Part shown: piece by piece, positions 28,319-35,900 of the stretch | How the letters are laid out: the number at the start of each line of letters is the position of its first letter | Position numbering within the stretch: position 1 is the first letter of the stretch | Assembly (NCBI GenBank): GCA_018970485.1 | Contig: JAGWWH010000001.1 | Location: forward strand, 79,951 to 143,950 | DNA length: 64,000 nt | From: Pseudomonadota bacterium | GTDB taxonomy: Bacteria; Pseudomonadota; Alphaproteobacteria; Rickettsiales; UBA1997 | Direction: 5' to 3' | The notes under the pieces: generated by a model | Database searches by the model: none | Told to the model about the DNA's origin: nothing | The model's input: the letters and a program-made list of their open reading frames with translations, nothing else | Program-made: the position numbers and the translations under genes

Positions 28319-29062
28319 TTATTTCGCTCCCATGATTGTGACGATTTCAAAAGTCGCCAAAACTTTACTTTCGAAAATTCCGTACATTTCGCGATAATTT
28401 TCTGAAATTTTGTTGAGAAAATTTTTGGTAAAGAAGCGGCGCGAGCGTTGAGTCAAAATATTGCCCTGCCCCATCATTTTTAAATCTTTGAGGAGATCAA
28501 GTGGACTCGAGTAATCGACTTCGATTCTGTCAAAAACAGAAATTGGATTTTGAAATCCTGCCTTGTGAAGCAATGCTGCAGCTGTCTTCACATCGATTGT
28601 CGGTGGCATGCGCGGCGAAATTCCGTCGTAAATTTCATTTTCAGTTTTGTGCAAAACATGAGCGAGTTGAGAGAGATTTTCTTCACCAAAAAAGCTAGCG
28701 ATGAAGATTCCGTCAGGCGTGAGAAGGTTTTTGATTTGGAGTAAATATTGCGGGATTTCGTTGATGTAGTGGAAGTTGAGGTTGCTGATGATCAGATCGT
28801 AAGAACCTTCACTCGGTGTCTCGCTGAGCATGTCGAAGATTATCTCATCGCCCTTCGACAGGCTCATGGTGACTAGCTTTTGTAAATAATCATCCATCGC
28901 ATCTAACTCTAAAATTCTCTCAAACTTGCGATTCAACAATTCAAGATTCTCGGCAATTCTATTTGCAACTTCGTGATATAAAAAATTATGCTGAGCAAAA
29001 TTTTTGAACGCTCGCGCCCTGTTCTGGCGAAGCAAATCAAGATCGAATAAAATTTCTGACAT
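28319..29062 (-). CDS. class I methyltransferase-fold protein (BioC-like / NDUFAF5-like family), glycine-rich SAM loop not evident
   Basis: 247 aa from the ATG at 29062 (MSEILFDLDLLRQNRARAF...). YDLIISNLNFHYINEIP and PDGIFIASFFG fit the fold. The position of motif I reads ILELDAMDD. Contains a decayed family A element (28823..28873). Confidence 0.65.
   Translation of the reverse strand: MSEILFDLDLLRQNRARAFKNFAQHNFLYHEVANRIAENLELLNRKFERILELDAMDDYLQKLVTMSLSKGDEIIFDMLSETPSEGSYDLIISNLNFHYINEIPQYLLQIKNLLTPDGIFIASFFGEENLSQLAHVLHKTENEIYDGISPRMPPTIDVKTAAALLHKAGFQNPISVFDRIEVDYSSPLDLLKDLKMMGQGNILTQRSRRFFTKNFLNKISENYREMYGIFESKVLATFEIVTIMGAK
28823..28873. repeat. decayed family A palindromic element inside the methyltransferase CDS (opposite orientation)
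   Basis: gctgagcatgtcgaag...cttcgacaggctcatggtgac. 51 nt (17 codons). The gene strand reads gtcaccatgagcctgtcgaagggcgat, giving VTMSLSKGD. Confidence 0.6.
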
Positions 29063-29072
29063 CACCAAAGAA

Positions 29073-29786
29073 ATGAAATTTTTAAAGAAAATTTTGGAAA
29101 TTATTTTTCCAAATCACTGCCTGTATTGCCAAGAAATCATCACCGCAGAAGGTCTTTTTTGTAGCGATTGTTGGGTAAAATTGCAATTCATCACTGAGCC
29201 AAAATGCGAGATTTGTTCTTATCCCTTTGAGATCGAAATCAAACACATGAAACCTTCATGTGCAGCTTGTTTGCTCAAGCATCCAGCTTACGACAAGTTG
29301 GTAACAATTTTTCGTTACAATAAAATAATCGGTAAAGCGATCGGCGATTTAAAATACCAAGATCAAACTTTTTTAGCGAAAAAATTAGCAAAACTTTTGA
29401 GCGAAAAAGCGAAAGAAGAAATTATCGATTGCGACTTGATTTGCGCAGTTCCGCTTCATTTAAAAAAATTAAGAAAAAGAAAATTTAATCAGGCGATTTT
29501 GATCGGAAAATACTTGTCGAAAGAAAAATTTATGCCCGATTTATTGTGGCGAGTAAACGACACCGCACCACAAGTTTCGCTTAGAAAAAAAGAGCGCGAA
29601 AAGAATTTAAAGCGCGCCTTTTTGGTGAATAAAAAGTATCGCAAAGAACTTCGTGGGAAAAAAATTTTGTTGATTGATGATGTAATGACAACAGGCGCGA
29701 CAGTAGAAAATTGTGCTAAAGCGTTAAGAAAATCTGGTGTTGAAAAAGTTACGGTCTTAACAATCGCCAAAACAATTTTTGACTAA
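29073..29786 (+). CDS. comF: ComF family protein (phosphoribosyltransferase domain)
   Basis: Start MKFLKKILEIIFPNHCLYC. Cys-rich N-terminal zinc-finger-like region. PRTase motif ILLIDDVMTTGATV. Confidence 0.8.
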   Translation: MKFLKKILEIIFPNHCLYCQEIITAEGLFCSDCWVKLQFITEPKCEICSYPFEIEIKHMKPSCAACLLKHPAYDKLVTIFRYNKIIGKAIGDLKYQDQTFLAKKLAKLLSEKAKEEIIDCDLICAVPLHLKKLRKRKFNQAILIGKYLSKEKFMPDLLWRVNDTAPQVSLRKKEREKNLKRAFLVNKKYRKELRGKKILLIDDVMTTGATVENCAKALRKSGVEKVTVLTIAKTIFD

Positions 29787-29791
29787 AAACA

Positions 29792-30106
29792 ATGCGCCTA
29801 ATTAACGATTTTCTAATCCGAATTTCTTCTAACGAAGTTGGCTCTGACGAGTTTGGAAACCAATATTACAAACACAAAAAAGACGAAAAAAGATTCGTCA
29901 TCTACAAAGGATTGGCAGAACCTTCGAAGGTCCCGATGGAGTGGAGAAGTTGGCTGCATTACACTATTAATTCAGTTCCAGCTTCAATCAATACTCACCG
30001 GTTTTCTTGGCAAAAAATTCATTTGCCTAATTTAACCGGAACAAAAAATGCTCACACCCCAAAAAACTCAACTAACCAGCAATATCAAGCTTGGAAACCG
30101 GAGTAA
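29792..30106 (+). CDS. NDUFA12-family protein (complex I accessory subunit homologue)
   Basis: 104 aa. GSDEFGNQYYKHKKDEKRFVIY...PSKVPMEWRSWLHYT matches the NDUFA12 signature as I recall it. Confidence 0.75.
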   Translation: MRLINDFLIRISSNEVGSDEFGNQYYKHKKDEKRFVIYKGLAEPSKVPMEWRSWLHYTINSVPASINTHRFSWQKIHLPNLTGTKNAHTPKNSTNQQYQAWKPE

Positions 30107-30110
30107 AACA

Positions 30111-30581
30111 ATGACCAAAACTAGTAATTATTTCGAAATTATCGTTGGAACTTTTGTTCTTTTTTGTGCGATTTTTTTCTTTTTTACCTCTTTTCGAAGC
30201 GCCCAAGTTGGCGAATCAAGCGGCTATTATTTAATCGCTAAATTCGACAATATTGACGGCATCAGCGCTGGCAGCGACGTAAAAATTTCTGGAGTAAAAA
30301 TAGGTACAGTCGAAGAACAATTTCTTGACGAGAAAGATTTTCGCGCAGCCTTAAAACTTAATATCAAAAACTCAGTTAAGCTGTCTTCCGATTCTTCCGC
30401 CAAAATTGCTTCGGAAGGCTTGCTTGGATCAAAATATCTTTCGATCACTCCAGGTGGAGATGAAGAAAATTTGAAAGATGGCGAAGAAATTCAGTTCACT
30501 CAATCTTCAGTAAATCTTGAAGACCTTCTTGGTAAGTTCATTTTCAGCGACAAAGAAAAAGGCAAAAATGAGAAAAAGTAA
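30111..30581 (+). CDS. mlaD: MlaD-like MCE-domain protein (outer membrane lipid asymmetry)
   Basis: Start MTKTSNYFEIIVGTFVLFCAIFFFF (TM anchor). MCE-type segment ISAGSDVKISGVKIGTVEEQ. Confidence 0.7.
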   Translation: MTKTSNYFEIIVGTFVLFCAIFFFFTSFRSAQVGESSGYYLIAKFDNIDGISAGSDVKISGVKIGTVEEQFLDEKDFRAALKLNIKNSVKLSSDSSAKIASEGLLGSKYLSITPGGDEENLKDGEEIQFTQSSVNLEDLLGKFIFSDKEKGKNEKK

Positions 30582-30975
30582 TTTTCTGTTCGGAATTTTT
30601 TTATTGCTTGCCAGCAACTCTTTTGCTCAAGAAATTGAGGTGGAAGATCCTGAAGCCGCTAATTCTTACAAGGTCGCTAACCTTCAGGTTCTAAACAAAA
30701 CTACCGCCAAAACATCCTTGCTCGAAATCAAAGTTGGTGAAAAAGCCAATTTTAGCGGCATCGATATTTCTGTTCGTAAATGTTGGCAGGCGCCTTTAGA
30801 TCAAAGGCCAGAAAGTAAAATTCTGATTGATGTTTCTGAGATCAAAATTGATGAAAAAAAAGAAGAGCGAAAAGTACGAATTTTCTACGGCTGGATTTTT
30901 GCATCAAGCCCCTCCCTTTCTGGATTGGAACATCCAATTTACGACATCGTAGCCGTGGGCTGCAAAAATAAGTAA
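30568..30975 (+). CDS. DUF2155-like secreted protein
   Basis: Start MRKSNFLFGIFLLLASNSFAQE (signal peptide). Conserved alphaproteobacterial position after NDUFA12-like/mlaD. LQVLNKTTAKTSLLEIKVGE segment. Confidence 0.55.
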   Translation: MRKSNFLFGIFLLLASNSFAQEIEVEDPEAANSYKVANLQVLNKTTAKTSLLEIKVGEKANFSGIDISVRKCWQAPLDQRPESKILIDVSEIKIDEKKEERKVRIFYGWIFASSPSLSGLEHPIYDIVAVGCKNK

Positions 30976-30978
30976 CCA

Positions 30979-31623
30979 ATGTTAAAAATTTCCCCTTCAA
31001 TTCTTTCCGCCGACTTTTCACGACTTGGCGAAGAAATAAAAAATATCGAAAAAGCCGGCGCAGACTACATCCACATTGATGTGATGGACGGAAGTTTTGT
31101 GCCGAATTTAACGATTGGCAATGAAGTGGTGAAGGCGATTAGGAAGGTTTCCAACCTGCCTTACGATGTGCATTTGATGATCAACAATCCCGACAATCAC
31201 ATTAAAAATTTTGCCGAAGCTGGTTCGGATATTATTACGATTCATGCCGAGGCCTCAATTCATCTCGATCGCAGCTTAGATCTAATCAAATCTTTCAACA
31301 AAAAAGCCGGTGTTTCTCTAGTTCCTTCAACTCACGAAGATGTTTTGGATTATGTTTTGGAGAAACTCGATTTGATTTTAGTGATGACTGTAAATCCGGG
31401 TTTTGGTGGGCAAAAGTTTTTGTCATCGCAGCTAAAGAAAATCGAAAATATCAGAAAAAAAATCGAAAAATCGGGCAGAAAAATTGAACTCGAAGTTGAT
31501 GGTGGCATCAACGAAGAAACCTCTAAAATGGTAGTCTCAGCTGGTGCAGATGTTTTGGTTTCTGGCTCCTACATCTTTGGTTCAAAAAATTACTCAGAAG
31601 CAATTTTAAAGCTGCGCTCTTAA
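30979..31623 (+). CDS. rpe: ribulose-phosphate 3-epimerase
   Basis: 214 aa. PSILSADF, HIDVMDGSFVPN, MTVNPGFGGQKF, VDGGIN. Confidence 0.93.
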   Translation: MLKISPSILSADFSRLGEEIKNIEKAGADYIHIDVMDGSFVPNLTIGNEVVKAIRKVSNLPYDVHLMINNPDNHIKNFAEAGSDIITIHAEASIHLDRSLDLIKSFNKKAGVSLVPSTHEDVLDYVLEKLDLILVMTVNPGFGGQKFLSSQLKKIENIRKKIEKSGRKIELEVDGGINEETSKMVVSAGADVLVSGSYIFGSKNYSEAILKLRS

Positions 31624-32945
31624 TGAAATATGTTGTCTACGGCCTTGGAATTTCAGGCCTCTCAGCTGCAAAATATTTGAAACAAGCTGGCAATGAAGTG
31701 ATTACAACTGACGATAGTCTAAATAATCCCGAGGCTTCGGCCAAGCCAGATCAAATTTCCTACGACTCCAAAACCATAATCAGTCTTTCTCCCGGAATTT
31801 TTCCTACGCATAAAATTTTTGATTTTGCTAAAAAATCTGGAGCAGAAATTGCTTGCGACATCGAAATTTTTTATCGCCTAAATCATCAAAATAACTTCAT
31901 CGCAATCACTGGAACGAACGGCAAATCAACTACAACCGCCCTCACCGGCTTTGTTTTTAAAGAGCTGAATATTTCTTCTGCGATTGGTGGAAATATCGGC
32001 ATTCCTTGCTTCGATTTACCGATGGATGATGAGATGACTTACATCTTCGAAACCTCTTCTTACCAACTCGATCTTCTCACCAAAACTCACTTCAAAATCG
32101 CCGCACTTTTAAATATTACGCCCGATCACCTCGATCACCATGGATCGATGGAAGCTTACATTGAGGCGAAGAAAAAAATCTTCCAAAACCAAACCGAACA
32201 AGACTTCGCTTTGATTGACGTCGACAATGAAAATTCACGAAAGGTTTTTGAAGAATTAAAAAATAACAAAAATTTCCGCGCTAAATTGATTCCGATCTCG
32301 ACGAGAAAAATTCAGGAAAATGGCGTTTCGTTAATTGCAGGAAAATTAGTTAATAAAATTGCCGGCGCTGATTCGCATCTCGAATTGAGCTCGGAATTTC
32401 TAAGCGGCCAGCACAATGATCAAAACATGGCTTTCGCCTTTGCGATTACTTACTGCTTTGGAATTTCTGATGAGAAAAAAATAATTTCTGCGATTCAAAA
32501 ATTTGAAGGCCTTCCACATCGCTGTAAAATTGTTGGACAAAAAGATGGAATAAAATTTGTTAATGACAGCAAAGCAACAAATGCAGAATCAACAGAGCCA
32601 GCGCTTAAGGCTTTTGAAAATATTTTTTGGATTCTTGGCGGCAGGCCAAAAGAAGGCGGAATTTCAATCCTTGCGCCCTATTTCAACAAAATTGCCAAAG
32701 CTTATTTGATCGGAGAAGCGACTGAAGAATTTGCGAAAATTTTGGAGGAAAATTCTGTAAATTTTGAAAAGTGTGGCGATCTGAAAAACGCCTTCAGAGC
32801 AGCTTATTTCGACGCAAAAAAATCTAGCCTAACAGAAAAAGTGCTCTTACTTTCGCCTGCCTGCGCATCGCTTGATCAATGGAAAAATTTTGAACAACGT
32901 GGCGATTATTTCTGCAAGCTAGTTGATGAATTTTGGAAATCCTGA
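31623..32945 (+). CDS. murD: UDP-N-acetylmuramoylalanine--D-glutamate ligase
   Basis: 440 aa. ITGTNGKSTT P-loop. Mur ligase central and C-terminal domains (NDSKATN, LSPACASLDQW). TAATG overlap with rpe. Confidence 0.92.
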   Translation: MKYVVYGLGISGLSAAKYLKQAGNEVITTDDSLNNPEASAKPDQISYDSKTIISLSPGIFPTHKIFDFAKKSGAEIACDIEIFYRLNHQNNFIAITGTNGKSTTTALTGFVFKELNISSAIGGNIGIPCFDLPMDDEMTYIFETSSYQLDLLTKTHFKIAALLNITPDHLDHHGSMEAYIEAKKKIFQNQTEQDFALIDVDNENSRKVFEELKNNKNFRAKLIPISTRKIQENGVSLIAGKLVNKIAGADSHLELSSEFLSGQHNDQNMAFAFAITYCFGISDEKKIISAIQKFEGLPHRCKIVGQKDGIKFVNDSKATNAESTEPALKAFENIFWILGGRPKEGGISILAPYFNKIAKAYLIGEATEEFAKILEENSVNFEKCGDLKNAFRAAYFDAKKSSLTEKVLLLSPACASLDQWKNFEQRGDYFCKLVDEFWKS

Positions 32946-35900
32946 AACAACAAAAATAACCGTAAAAAACTCAACCGCTTTCGTTGTCTTACTTTTGGTG
33001 TTTTTAGCGATTTTTTTTGCACCAAAAACTTCCTCCTCCCCTCCCAATCAAGACTGTAGTGCCGTTATTGGTACGCCTCAAGCTGGAGATAATTGTCTCT
33101 ATTTTTATCCTTTGCCTTTGTGCTCAGCTGTTCCTCGAGCTGGCTGGATTATTCCTTCGAGCTCCATTCTTGAAGCCACAACTAATCCAAATCACCGAGT
33201 TAACTGCGCCGATCTCGCTGATTTACCGCTTTGTAATCAGCTCGAGGATAACGGAGTAACCGCTTATCCACTAAAAAATTGCGTTAAAGAATGCTCTGAT
33301 ATTACAGGAAGTGGAAATCGCGGCATTGATTATGCCGTTCACAATCGTGATTGCATTAGATTTTGTGGAGATGTTGAGGAGGGAGTTACCACCTCAGGCG
33401 GCGATCAAAATTGCGTAGCGAAGAATTGTCATCAAATAGAATATAATGCTGGAAATCCTTCAGCCAGTATCGCTCCGAATCCAACAAATAATTGTAATCT
33501 TTTGCCATGCAATTTGTTGACTACGAACGAATTGAATGAAGCCAAGTTTACAAACGAGGCCACGATCAATTACGAGTATTGCAAAAACGAAAATAAATGC
33601 CTCGATTTCGCACAAACTCAATTGCCTTACCTAATCCCAAATAAGAGCTGCAAAATGCATAATTGCCGAGTCAGTTGCATAGATAATGCCACTGACGATG
33701 TGCAAAAAATTAAGGATAAGGGAGTTTCCTACACCAACGATTATCAGAACTACATCAACTCAAATTATCAGATTGGTACCGAGTCAGACACTTTGTGCCA
33801 AAGAACTTTTTGTCAGCCTGTGATTAAAAATCCTCTACACTGTTTTCCAGAAAATAACCCTGAAGCAACAATTCGTAACGAACAGTGTGATGATCCATCA
33901 ACCCCAGGCGGAATATGCAGTGGTGGATATTGCTACAAAACGATCGACTGCAATTCGGAAACAAATAACTCTCTTTGCCAATCTTCTAGCACAGCGACAG
34001 TCGGATCTACTGAAGATAGCTCGGTTAAATCTTGGTTTTATCGTCCAAAACCAATGGATAGCGCCACCAATGGATCTGGAGTTCCTCGCAATTTTGACGC
34101 CGACAGATTTTGCTACAGCAAAGATAACATGCTTGATAATAACTGGGGAGAAGATGCTTACATAACTACGATCTTCGGAAGAATTCCATTAGGCTATTGG
34201 CATCCATTTTGGGAAGATCCGAGATCGCCAGGAAAGTGTAGCGCTAACAATATCGGGGTTCGCGGAGTAGGACCTGAATATTTGTGCGGGATGAACCTCA
34301 ATATTTACAACAAACCCAATAGTTACGCTGGATATCACAGCGGCTATACCGAGACCACTTTCAACGACATAGGTGGAACAAGTATCGTTTCAGTTTGTTT
34401 GAGATTTGATGCTGGTGGCGCAATAGGAAGAAGCTGTGGCAAGAGAGAGTGCCAAGTTAGCTGCGCCTTTGGCGAGTGTAATCAGATTTGCGGTTCTGAT
34501 GAATGCGTTACTTTGGTTGTTAAAGAGGAAGATGCCGATGAATGCACCATGACCAACTCTCTCAGCGCAATGCCTGAGGGAGATTCGGTGGAGCTAGATG
34601 GAACAACTCGCGAATGCATGAAAACAATAGACGAAAAAATCAGAATAAGAGCTGTAAGATTCGATGATTACATCTGCACCTTTCTCGATATCAGAGGAAC
34701 ATTTGCGTATAGTCCGATCTATTTTGATGGATCGGAAAAAATCACTTTAGGCGGCGAAACTCCTGATACAGCGGACGATAAAACTTACTGCTTCTCTGGG
34801 ACTTACGACGAAAGCACCAGAAATTGCAATAACAGCAAAAACAGCAATGACGCAGTATCTTCCGATCAAAGATGGAGAGCCATAATGCAAATTCCTTACA
34901 TTCAAAATAATCAGCCAAGTGGCGAACCTAGGGGTTATTTGGATAAGAATGGCAGATTATTTCCTGAGCAAGGTTGTATCAAAATTGGTCATCGCATAAC
35001 GGTTCCACGCCTTTACAACCTTGCTAATATAGAAAATTCACCGCGGATATTTACGCCTCCTCTTTACATACTAAACGCCTCAACAAAAAGAGGTGGCGCC
35101 ATCTCTATTCCTTCGGGCTCACAAACATTTGGGGACACTGATTTTCACTACCCAGAAATAACAATAAATTTTGGTTCCAGCACGCAAAAGCTCAGCCTTG
35201 GTTTTGGAAAAACTGGTTACGAAGAAAGTTCTACTGATATCGATCCGCTTTCTAATGCAACTATTTCTACGGCTATCGATGGCGACATCACAGAATCTTT
35301 ATCTGCGGAAGTGATGGTGCGCAAAGAATTTGAAAACGCATCCAACCGCCCAACTTTTTGCCTTTATCAAAAAATCAAGGATGAGAATCAGACTTACTTA
35401 ACTCCGCAAAGAATTGGCTGCGTTTACAGAAAATATCCAGAAATAGACAATTCCAGAACAAGACTCTCTTCAGATAACTACTACAAACTCGTCCTTTCAT
35501 CAGATACAAATAACAGCTATTCGAGCTCAAAAATTGTTATTCGATATTTAAGCAGTTCGCTTGCTAATGCTAGCTGCGAATCAAACCCTTCTTCTTGTAG
35601 CACTCCCATAATTTTAGGAAATGACGATCCGTCTCTCGAAACTTGCGATCCACCAACTCAGCAAAGCAATTCAATCTCGGTCGAACAAAATAAAATATGC
35701 GTCAGGCGCGATGAGTGTAATAAGCTCAATAATGAGTGCATTCAAAATGAAATTAATCTCCACAACGCTAGAGCAACTAATCAATCAATAGACTCCCTTC
35801 TAACCATCCAGAATTATTGCAATAGAACCCTGCTTCCTATCTGTAACAATAAATTTGGCATTAACACTTCAAATCAGGCCACAGTCTACAATCCAAACCC

